Of a stretch of 36,711 nucleotides of DNA, positions 20,569 through 28,708 are shown one piece after another. How positions within the stretch are numbered: the first letter of the stretch is position 1; each line of letters starts with the position of its first letter. The notes beneath the pieces were generated by a model that was not told the origin of the DNA, ran no database searches, and worked only from the letters and a program-made list of their open reading frames with translations. The position numbers and the translations under genes are program-made. The DNA comes from an uncultured delta proteobacterium. GTDB lineage: Bacteria; Desulfobacterota; Syntrophia; Syntrophales; UBA2192. Where the stretch lies: contig CAVPJD010000015.1 of NCBI GenBank assembly GCA_963705165.1, positions 1-36,711 on the forward strand, in the 5' to 3' direction.

Positions 20569-20757
20569 TCAGGCCAGGGAGCCCTTTTCGGGCATCAGGT
20601 CATCACCCCGCTCCATCCTCTCGCAACTTCTTTTTTTGTATCCCTGAAAAGAGAAAACCTTCTCACCTTGTAACGGGCAGGGCATCCATGTCAATTCCAA
20701 TTCGCAATCATCAGTGTCTCTTGATCGAGATGTGATCGAGCAGCAGGTGATCTCCAT
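20569..20757 (-). CDS. Possible small Cys-rich hypothetical protein
   Basis: 62-aa ORF filling the gap between thrC and the lipoprotein gene on the same strand. Weak RBS (AGAAGGGT), 5 Cys. No recognisable family. Confidence 0.25.
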   Translation of the reverse strand: MEITCCSITSRSRDTDDCELELTWMPCPLQGEKVFSFQGYKKRSCERMERGDDLMPEKGSLA

Positions 20758-20791
20758 ACCCTTCTGTTCGTGACGATCCGAAAGAAATCTC

Positions 20792-22180
20792 TCAGTCCGT
20801 CCCCTTCAGCGTGTCGAGAAGGAACGAGCGCAGGCGGCCGTAATCAGCGGGCAGCTCGACTGGCTCGCCGGTGCGTTTGTCGAGATCCTTCATGCTCCGG
20901 GGCACCTCGGGTGTGATGCCGAGGAGCTCGATGATCTCGTCGGGAAACTTGGCCGGGTGGGCCGTCTCGAGGCAGACGCAGGGCTCCGCGATGGGCCCGC
21001 AGCAGGCCTCCAGGTAATGTTCCAATCCCTTCCAGCCAACGGCCCCGTGGGGTTCCAGCAGGATGTTGTATTGCTCGTAGACGCGCCGGATGGTCTTCTT
21101 CGTCTCTTCGTCGGAGATGCTGACGGAATAAATTCGCCTGCGCATCTCCTTGAGATCGGGGTAGACGTGCACGACGCCCGTGCGGTCCACCGTCCCACCG
21201 TAGAGATCGAAGAATCGGGCCAGGTTGCTCGGGTGGCCCACGTTCATGGCGTTGGAGAGGCAGGCCCGCGACGGCGAGACCTTCTCGTAGACACCCGTCC
21301 GGAGGTAGTTGGGGAATTCGTCGTTTTCGTTAGTGGGCATGACGAGCATCCGGACGGGAAGCCCCATGCGCCGGGCATACTCGCAGCCCAGGGCGTTGCC
21401 GAAATTCCCCGAGGGGACTGAGTAGACGATCTCCTCGCCTTTGTTTGCCAGCTGGGCGTATGCATAGACGTAGTAGACGCTCTGCGGCATGATCCGGCCG
21501 AAGTTGATGGAGTTGGCCGAGGTCAGGTTGAGATGAGAAAACCCCGGGTCGGAAAAGGCCTGCTTCACCAGGTTCTGGCAGTCGTCGAACTTGCCGTCGA
21601 CGGACAGGGCCAGGACGTTGTCGCCGATCGAGTCGAGTTGCTTCTTCTGCATCCCACTGACTTCGTTTCGCGGGTAGAGGATCCAGACGCTGATCCCCTC
21701 GACTCCCTTGAAGGCCTCGCCGACGGCGCTTCCCGTGTCGCCCGAGGTGGCCACGAGCACGTTGAGCCGCTTTCCCCGGTCGCGCAGACGGCTCATGAGC
21801 CTTGCCATCATCCGGGCGGCAAAATCCTTGAAGGAGGCAGTGGGCCCCCGGTCGAGGCGCATGACGTACATGCGCTCGCAGACCCGCTCCAGGGGAACGT
21901 CGAAGTTGTAGGAATCCTCGACGACCTGCCGGATCACGTCCCGGGGCAGATCATCTTTCAGGAATGTCTGCGCCACGAGGAGCGCGGCCTGGGCATAGGG
22001 GGCCCCCTTGAGCGCCAGGATGTCATCGATGGCGAGCCGGGGAATGGGGTCGGGCATGAAGAGCCCCTCGTCGGGCGCCTGCCCCTGGATCAGGGCATCG
22101 CGGAAGGAGACCTGCCCCTTGAACGGCGTAAGGCCGGCCAGCCCGTCGAGTCGGTGGTTTGTGCTGTAGTAACGGATCAT
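20792..22180 (-). CDS. thrC: Threonine synthase
   Basis: GPTASFKDF (PLP Lys), ATSGDTGSA, FDDCQ, SANSINFGR, VPSGNFGN, SNAMNVGHPSN and ETAHPAKF. Confidence 0.95.
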   Translation of the reverse strand: MIRYYSTNHRLDGLAGLTPFKGQVSFRDALIQGQAPDEGLFMPDPIPRLAIDDILALKGAPYAQAALLVAQTFLKDDLPRDVIRQVVEDSYNFDVPLERVCERMYVMRLDRGPTASFKDFAARMMARLMSRLRDRGKRLNVLVATSGDTGSAVGEAFKGVEGISVWILYPRNEVSGMQKKQLDSIGDNVLALSVDGKFDDCQNLVKQAFSDPGFSHLNLTSANSINFGRIMPQSVYYVYAYAQLANKGEEIVYSVPSGNFGNALGCEYARRMGLPVRMLVMPTNENDEFPNYLRTGVYEKVSPSRACLSNAMNVGHPSNLARFFDLYGGTVDRTGVVHVYPDLKEMRRRIYSVSISDEETKKTIRRVYEQYNILLEPHGAVGWKGLEHYLEACCGPIAEPCVCLETAHPAKFPDEIIELLGITPEVPRSMKDLDKRTGEPVELPADYGRLRSFLLDTLKGTD

Positions 22181-22418
22181 GGAACTACCTCATGGCATCT
22201 GATTCTTTTCCCGGGCTGTTCAAAAATGGCCAGGTGCCAGGCCCCGATTTCGAGGATTACGAAGTCAGTAAGTGATGAAGCGAGGAAGATCGGAATAGAT
22301 GGGGATTCTTTTGCTCTTCTCCGCTCTTCCTCGCTTCTGCTCTTCCGATCTTCGCAATCTTGTTTCCGGTAGACTAACGCATAGCATCCGGCGTGATACC
22401 TCCGGTATCAGCCTAATT

Positions 22419-23354
22419 TCAGAGGCTTTGCGGGCGATAGGCCCGGATGTATTCCAGGAAGATTTTATGGTGGTTCATTAAATCGAATTGCCTGCGATAA
22501 ATCAAATAAAAAGATCTCTCGATCGGGCAGCCCTCGATGGAAAGGGCCATAAGAAGGCCCGATTTCAGTTCGCGCCGGATGGCGTGTACGGAAACCACGG
22601 AGACCCCGAGACCGGCGATGATGGCCTCCTTCACGGCCTCGGAGCTTCCCAGTTCCGCCGCAATGTTGAGATGCGGCAGGCCGGGGCCGGCCGTTTCCCG
22701 CAGGCATTCCTCGAGGGCTTCCCGGGTGCCCGAGCCTTTCTCGCGGATCACGAAGGGCGCCTCCGAAAGTTCGGCGACACGGACCGCACGCCTCTTCGCC
22801 CAAGGGTGCCCCGAGGGGACGGCCAGCACCAGGCGGTCCTTCCAGAGCTCCTCGGCAATCAACTTCCCCCCCGACGGTTTCTTCCCGATGAATCCGATCT
22901 CGGCGCCGTTGTCGAGAACCGTCTCGATGACGTCACTGCTGTCGGCCGTTCGCACTGTTGTCCGGATCCGGGGATGTTTTTTCCGGAAACCGCCTATCGC
23001 ATAGGGCAGGATGTACGTGGCAGGGATCGTGCTCGCGGCGATCCGGATATCGCCGGCCTCCTCCTCGCGGAGCCGCAGGACCCGATCCCGAGCCTCATCC
23101 CGGAGCTTGATGATCCGCCGGGCATAATCGTAAAGGACCCTGCCCTCAGGGGTCAGGGCGAGGCTCCGGCTGGAGCGGTTGACGATCTTAGCCCCCAGGG
23201 CCTCTTCGACATTGCGGATGTGTTTCGTCAGCGAGGGCTGTGTGAGGTGCATCTTTTTTGCAGCACGGCTGAAGCTGCGCTCCTCGACGAGATGAATGAG
23301 GGCCTCGAGCTGCTGCATCGTCATGCTTTGAAACCCCTCCGCCATCATGCCCAT
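22419..23354 (-). CDS. LysR family regulator (CysL/selenium-metabolism-associated type)
   Basis: SFSRAAKKMHLTQPSLT HTH, ASTIPATYILP, REKGSGTR and ELGSSEAVKEAIIAGLGVS. Start ATG 23354 after AGGAGGG. Divergent from the selD cluster. Confidence 0.92.
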   Translation of the reverse strand: MGMMAEGFQSMTMQQLEALIHLVEERSFSRAAKKMHLTQPSLTKHIRNVEEALGAKIVNRSSRSLALTPEGRVLYDYARRIIKLRDEARDRVLRLREEEAGDIRIAASTIPATYILPYAIGGFRKKHPRIRTTVRTADSSDVIETVLDNGAEIGFIGKKPSGGKLIAEELWKDRLVLAVPSGHPWAKRRAVRVAELSEAPFVIREKGSGTREALEECLRETAGPGLPHLNIAAELGSSEAVKEAIIAGLGVSVVSVHAIRRELKSGLLMALSIEGCPIERSFYLIYRRQFDLMNHHKIFLEYIRAYRPQSL

Positions 23355-23424
23355 TCCCTCCTTCCAGGCCTTGTGCGAACACCATGATCGCATTCACGAC
23401 CGCTGCTTACCATGAACAAAGAGC

Positions 23425-23485
23425 ATAATCAATCGGTGATTATAACTTATCTGAATTTGACATATTCGACAAAGCTGCATAGAAA
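23425..23485 (+). promoter_or_regulatory. Palindromic operator and sigma70-like promoter in the divergent lysR/dsrE gap
   Basis: ATAATCA-ATCGG-TGATTAT (23425-23443), an adjacent T-N11-A box (23443-23455), TTGACA (23457-23462), then 17 nt and TAGAAA. Confidence 0.55.
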
Positions 23486-23627
23486 TAAGGAGCAATTTTT
23501 CCGGAACGACATGCCGCGATCGTCAAACACCCGATCCGCCTTCACCCGTCAACGGAACAGGAACGATCAGGAAGGAAACGGGCAATCAGGCCGTTCAGTC
23601 ACACATTCAATATACAAGGAGGAAAAA

Positions 23628-24131
23628 ATGAGCGACGATAAGAAAAACGTGGAAAAAGAGGAGATGGACAAGCGCGATTTTCTCAAGGCGATGGGCGCGG
23701 GACTAGGCGTAGCGGGTCTGGCTTCGTTCATGGGCGGTCCGGCCTTTGCACAGGCGGACAAGAAGGACAAGTATCTTGTCGTGATCACCAATGGCGCCAA
23801 TGACCCCAACCGGGCCATCCTGGGGCTTCTCATGGCTCAAGTTGCCATTGACAAGGGCTGGGGGAAAGTCCACGTGTGGTTTACGCTGAACGGGGCCGAC
23901 CTTGCCAACAAGAAGAGGACGGACAGCATCGAATCACCTATTTTCAAGAAATTCGGCAACGCGACAAAAATCATGAACAGCATCAAGGAGAAAGGCGGAT
24001 GGTTCGGCGTCTGCCCGCCCTGCGCCGAATTCCTGGCCTCCACGGGGGGCGACAAGCACGACTTCGTTGAGATGGCCGGCGGAGACTGGCTGATGAAGAA
24101 CATCCAGGATGCGTGGGTGGCCTGGTTCTAG
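23628..24131 (+). CDS. DsrE/DsrF-like protein with a Tat-type signal peptide
   Basis: RBS AAGGAGG. MDKRDFLK followed by a hydrophobic stretch and AFA cleavage site. Mature part YLVVITNGANDPNRA...VHVWFTLNGADLA...GVCPPC resembles the DsrE fold. Confidence 0.75.
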   Translation: MSDDKKNVEKEEMDKRDFLKAMGAGLGVAGLASFMGGPAFAQADKKDKYLVVITNGANDPNRAILGLLMAQVAIDKGWGKVHVWFTLNGADLANKKRTDSIESPIFKKFGNATKIMNSIKEKGGWFGVCPPCAEFLASTGGDKHDFVEMAGGDWLMKNIQDAWVAWF

Positions 24132-24140
24132 GAGTACCGG

Positions 24141-24167
24141 CTGGCGGGCAATGCCCGCCAGTTTCTT
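24141..24167 (+). terminator. Intrinsic terminator after the DsrE-like gene
   Basis: CTGGCGGGC-AAT-GCCCGCCAG followed by TTTCTT. Confidence 0.7.
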
Positions 24168-24283
24168 ATCTCTTCGTTAAAAAGCAGATCAGAAATCATT
24201 GCATTCAATCAGGAACAGGTGATAGACAAATGATGTTTATCCGCTACTTCTGGCGGAAATTCCTCTACGATGTGAGGAAAACC

Positions 24284-25345
24284 GTGACGAAGGACAAGAA
24301 GATCCGCCTGACGGAGACCGTCAAGAGCGCCGGTTGAGCCTGCAAGATCGGTCCGGGTGACCTGAATCGAGCACTGCAAGGCCTGCCGAAAATCGTTGAC
24401 CCGAATCTCATCGCCGGGATCGAGGGCAACGAAGACGCAGGGGTGTATAAACTTCGCGATGACCTGGCCATCATCCAGACTGTGGACTTCTTCACGCCCA
24501 TCGTCGACGACCCCTACACCTTCGGCCAGGTGGCGGCCGCCAATTCCCTCTCCGACGTCTACGCCATGGGCGGAAGGGCGCTGACGGCCATGAACATCAT
24601 CTGCTTCCCCGTGAAGACGATGGACATCTCCATTTTACACGACGTCCTGAGGGGCGGCCTCGACAAGATGATCGAAGCCGGCGTGACCCTTGTGGGCGGG
24701 CACAGCGTGGAGGACAACGAGTTCAAGTACGGCCTTGCCGTCACGGGTCTCATCCATCCTAACCGTGTCCTGCTCAACAGGGGGGCAAAGCCGGGGGACC
24801 GGCTTATCCTCACGAAGGCCCTCGGGACCGGGATCGTCAGCACGGCCGTCAAGGTGGGGGCTGCCGACGAGGCCCTCGTCGAGCGCTCCATCCGCTCCAT
24901 GTCGACGCTGAACCGCAAGGCAGCCGACGTCATGATGGAAACACCGGGTGTGCATGCCTGCACGGATGTTACCGGTTTTGGCTTCCTGGGTCACGCCTGC
25001 GAGATGATTGAAGGCAGCGACGTGGGGCTCCGGGTCTTCGCTTCGGCCATACCCGTTTTCAAGGGCATCCGGGAGCTCGTGGAAGGCGAGATCATCCCCG
25101 GCGGATTGCTCCGCAACCGTGATTACCGCAAACCCATGGTGGATGTCGGACCCGATGTTGCGGCCTGGATTGCCGATGTTCTCTATGACCCGCAGACCTC
25201 GGGGGGCCTGCTGATCGCCGTGGCGGCCGATCAGGCCGAAGGCCTCACGAAACGGATGCATGAGGCAGGAATCGACGATGCCGCCATCGTAGGGGAGTTC
25301 GTGATGGAACCGAGAGGACGAATCCGGGTCCTCGCGACGTCCTGA
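24284..25345 (+). CDS. selD: Selenide, water dikinase (selenophosphate synthetase), Sec-containing (TGA 24335-24337)
   Basis: GTG start after GAGG. VTKDKKIRLTETVKSAG-U-ACKIGPGDL is in frame with EDAGVY..QTVDFFTP, AANSLSDVYAMGG, GGHS, TDVTGFGFLGH and DPQTSGGLL. Confidence 0.95.
24346..24368 (+). promoter_or_regulatory. SECIS-like hairpin of selD
   Basis: GATC-GGTC-CGGGT-GACC-TGAATC. Apical loop 16 nt after the UGA. Confidence 0.6.
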
Positions 25346-25369
25346 AAGGCATTGCACCGCCGCACAACC

Positions 25370-26149
25370 ATGCTGAAACCCGACAAGGATAAACTGCTCG
25401 CCTCGCTCTTCACCAAGAGCCCCGGCCTGGTCGATCTGTGGGCGAAAAATACCGACTTCATCACGAACGCATCGACACCCTGGGCGACGCCTGCCGATGA
25501 CATCCTGCAGGGTCCCATCGCCCTGGTGACGACGGCGGGCGTTCACCTGACCGACCAGCCGCCCTTCGACATGGACGACGCCGAGGGGGACGCGTCTTTC
25601 CGGGAAATCCCCTCATCGGCCCCTGCCGGGGCTCTCACGATCACGCACAACTATTACGACCACCGGGACGCCGATGCGGATATCAACGTGGTCCTGCCCA
25701 TGGAGCGGCTGCAGGATCTCGAGGCCGAAGGGTTCATCGGTGAGATTTCGCGGCGCCACTTCTCGTTCATGGGGCACATCCTGGGGTCCCGGCTGGTGCG
25801 GCTTATCGGCGAGACTGCGCCGGCCGTAGCCGCGGAAATGAAACGGGATGGGATCCGCGCCGTTGTCCTGACCCCTTCCTGAGGCTACTGCAACCAGTCC
25901 GTGGGACTGATCCAGAGGGCAATCGAGGAGGCGGGCATCCCGACCCTCTCCATATCGTTAAACCGAACCGTCACCGAAAAGGTGAAACCTCCCCGGGCTG
26001 TTCTTGTCGGATACCCACTGGGCCATCCCATGGGAAGGCCCTTCGACAAAAAAACCCAGACCTCCCTCTTGAAGGAGGGTCTCATCCTCCTGAGGGATAT
26101 CCGGGTTCCCGGCACACTGGTGGATATCTCTGACCGATATCGCTTTTAA
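25370..26149 (+). CDS. PrdB/GrdB (D-proline/glycine reductase selenoprotein B)-family selenoprotein, Sec at TGA 25880-25882
   Basis: Two track ORFs join in frame: IALVTTAGVH..GDASFREIP..H..YDH..D.NVVLP..HFSFMG..AVVLTPS-U-GYCNQSVGLIQRAIEEAGIPTLSI..PPRAV..PLGHPMG (UxxC motif). Confidence 0.9.
25895..25909 (+). promoter_or_regulatory. SECIS-like hairpin of the prdB-like gene
   Basis: CAGTCC-GTG-GGACTG, a perfect stem starting 12 nt after the UGA, with a loop beginning GU. Confidence 0.7.
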
Positions 26150-26161
26150 CGAAACGCCCCG

Positions 26162-26764
26162 CTATTCCGTCCGTCTGAGCTTGTCCGCTTCCTGCAACAT
26201 CTCATACTGGCGCTGACGGTTTTCCCTCGTCGAGGCCATGGGTTGGCGGGCTTCCGCTTCGAGGCGTTCCGCTTCCTGGAGACGCCTTTGTCTCTCGAGT
26301 TCACGCTCCCTGTCACGGGTCTCGACGGTTTTGATCACCTCGTCGAGTTTCTGGTCCCTTTGCCTGATAGCTTGCTCGGCCGTCATGGAACCGGGTGGGG
26401 GCGTTGAACCGGCCTGCCCGAGCTCCTCCCCGGAAGGCATTGCGGCTCCCGGCTTCCCCGAAACGACAGGCTCCGCACTCACCCCCTTCGGGGGCTTGTC
26501 CGTGAGCACCATCACCCCGTTTTTGTCCGTGTACTTGTAAATTGTCTGCGCCCCGACAGGGCTTGCATGCACACAAACAAGAGCCACGGTGATGAGCCCT
26601 AGGGTCAACCACAAGGACAAGGGTCGAGGGGCGAGGGGCGAGGGTGCACGCAAAGAAGCGTGTAGCGTGTAGCGTGTGGCGTGTAGGGCCGACGAAAAAC
26701 GCGCCAAGCGCGGAGCGCAGAATATGGAAAAAGGATTCTGGAATCCGGAATCCCCCTTCTTCAT
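26162..26764 (-). CDS. DUF4124-domain exported protein (paralogue 2)
   Basis: IYKYTDKNGVMVLTDKPP motif after a hydrophobic signal-like segment, and a charged helical C-terminus. Start ATG 26764 after GAGGAGG. The start is uncertain. Confidence 0.75.
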   Translation of the reverse strand: MKKGDSGFQNPFSIFCAPRLARFSSALHATRYTLHASLRAPSPLAPRPLSLWLTLGLITVALVCVHASPVGAQTIYKYTDKNGVMVLTDKPPKGVSAEPVVSGKPGAAMPSGEELGQAGSTPPPGSMTAEQAIRQRDQKLDEVIKTVETRDRERELERQRRLQEAERLEAEARQPMASTRENRQRQYEMLQEADKLRRTE

Positions 26765-26832
26765 TTGGTCCTCCTCACTCAGACACTTAGACACTCAGAC
26801 ACTTCTTTCACTGCCGCGAAGCGGCTTCGCCG

Positions 26833-27366
26833 CTACGGCATCTCCCTCAGCCGCTGCGCTTCTTCCATCAGCTTGCGCTGCCGATCGATGTTCTCCTGGG
26901 TGGGCTGAACAGGCTTGCTGGCCTCCTTCTCGAGCCGTTCGGCCTCCTCGATGCGGCGCTGCTTGTCCTGCTGTCGTTCCTGTTGCCGTTCCTGGAGCCT
27001 CTTCTGGACTTCCTCCTGTTTCTTCTGGATCTCCTCATCGGCGATCCTCTTCATTTCGGCTTCCTTGTCCTTATCCACGGGGGCTGCCGGCTCCCTGCCC
27101 GCCTGAGGCTGCGGGGAAGGCTTGCCGCCCTGTTCCTGCGGCGTCACCTCTCCGGGGTCGTCCTTTGCCGGCGCGGCCACTTTCTCGTCCTCCAGGGGCA
27201 CGACGATCACTCCGGGAGGCGGATTGTCCGTGAAGACGATTCTGCCGTTTTTGTCCGTATAACGATAGAGCTGCGCCGTGGAGTCGCCGGCCGTGAACAG
27301 GATACCGACCCATGCCGCAACGAGTGCCACAAGCAAAATTCCCGCAAAGCGCTTTGTCATCTTCAT
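26833..27366 (-). CDS. DUF4124-domain exported protein (paralogue 1)
   Basis: Signal peptide, LYRYTDKNGRIVFTDNPP motif and a coiled-coil C-terminus. Confidence 0.82.
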   Translation of the reverse strand: MKMTKRFAGILLVALVAAWVGILFTAGDSTAQLYRYTDKNGRIVFTDNPPPGVIVVPLEDEKVAAPAKDDPGEVTPQEQGGKPSPQPQAGREPAAPVDKDKEAEMKRIADEEIQKKQEEVQKRLQERQQERQQDKQRRIEEAERLEKEASKPVQPTQENIDRQRKLMEEAQRLREMP

Positions 27367-27678
27367 CTCTCCATGCCGGTTGATAAATAAGCCTCAGTTA
27401 TCTTTATCGAACAAAATGGCAATTTTCTTTAATGGTTTCGGCTCACTTTACCCCCAAGACCGAAAAGAATCAACAGGATGATTCGTCTTCTCTCCCCTGC
27501 GCTTTCATTGCAATCGCCGTACCGCGGGCCCGGAACCAGGACGCGAGTGATTCCATGGATCTGCGTTCCCGCCCGGGGCAATCCCCCGATCCGCGTTTTT
27601 CCCCGCAATAGCCGGTGAGAAAGTCTGGGGGTCCTGACCGGGCGAAGCTACAACGGATCCGGCCCGGGGAAAATGGTC

Positions 27679-27706
27679 TTGACCCATTTCCCAGGAAATG
27701 TAAGAT
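27679..27706 (+). promoter_or_regulatory. Sigma70-like promoter with a palindromic spacer
   Basis: TTGACC-CATTTCC-CA-GGAAATG-TAAGAT (16-nt spacer that is itself an inverted repeat). Confidence 0.5.
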
Positions 27707-27784
27707 GGGGGGCACTTGTACCCCGTCGCCAGGTCGGCGACTTCACGTTTCCGGATGCGTCTGACGTGACAGGAACCGTTGAGC

Positions 27785-28603
27785 ATGGGCGTTTCCAGGA
27801 AAGCCTTCCAGATCGACGCAGCCGGGCATCGGCTCAATGCCGAACGGATCGAACCGGGTCTCCTCAACGCGGAGGCGAACGGCACAACCCTCGTTTTCCT
27901 GCACGAGGGGCTTGGCAGTGTCGGTCAGTGGCGGGATTTCCCGTCGCTTTTGAGCGAAAAAACGGGCATGCCGGCCCTTGTTTATGACCGGTGGGGATAC
28001 GGGAACTCGGAACCCTTCACCCTGCCCCGCAAGAAAAGCTATCTCCACGACGAGGCGCTGGTCAGCCTGCCGGCTGTGCTCGAAGAATGCGGAATCGGCA
28101 GGCCGGTCCTCATCGGCCACAGCGACGGAGGCTCCATCGCGCTGATCTACGCTTCGAAACACCCGGAGAGCGTGCGTGCCGTCATCACCGAGGCAGCCCA
28201 TGTCTTCGTGGAGGACGTCACCCTGGAGGGCATCCGCGAGGCCGTCAAGGGCTATGCTGAAACAGACCTCGGGAAGCGGCTCGCCCGTTTCCACGGCGAC
28301 AAGACGGATCTTGTCTTTCACGGCTGGGCCGATACCTGGCTGTCCGCGGAATTCCGCGACTGGAACATCGAGGAGTACCTGCCCGGGGTTTGCTGCCCCG
28401 TCCTCGTCATCCAGGGAATCGGCGATCAGTACGGCACAACCGCCCAGGTGAAGGCCATCGAGCGGCAGGTCTCCGGGCGGGCAAAGCCACTGCTCATCCC
28501 GTGCGGACATATCCCCCACGCGGAGGCGCGGGAGAAGGTGCTCGAGGAAATGGCCCGGTTCATCCTGGAATGCATGGGAGAACGTGAGAAGGTGAGAGGG
28601 TAA
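27785..28603 (+). CDS. Alpha/beta hydrolase
   Basis: VFLHEGLGS, YDRWGYGNS, nucleophile elbow GHSDGG, QGIGDQYG and CGHIPH. Confidence 0.92.
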   Translation: MGVSRKAFQIDAAGHRLNAERIEPGLLNAEANGTTLVFLHEGLGSVGQWRDFPSLLSEKTGMPALVYDRWGYGNSEPFTLPRKKSYLHDEALVSLPAVLEECGIGRPVLIGHSDGGSIALIYASKHPESVRAVITEAAHVFVEDVTLEGIREAVKGYAETDLGKRLARFHGDKTDLVFHGWADTWLSAEFRDWNIEEYLPGVCCPVLVIQGIGDQYGTTAQVKAIERQVSGRAKPLLIPCGHIPHAEAREKVLEEMARFILECMGEREKVRG

Positions 28604-28708
28604 GAAGTTCGGAGAAGCAGAAAGCGGGCGATGGGCCTCCGGCGGATCCAAACCTCTCAACCTCTTACCCTCTTAACTTCTTTTTCATCAGTGCGGGGGA
28701 AAGGGATC

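Noticed and set aside
24113..24283. Longer selD N-terminus (MMFIRYFWRK...)
   Set aside because: SelD normally starts about 15-17 residues before the catalytic Cys/Sec, and GTG 24284 has a well-spaced GAGG RBS.
27725..27741. SECIS-looking hairpin GTCGCC-AGGTC-GGCGAC
   Set aside because: No UGA at a suitable distance within a credible reading frame on either strand.
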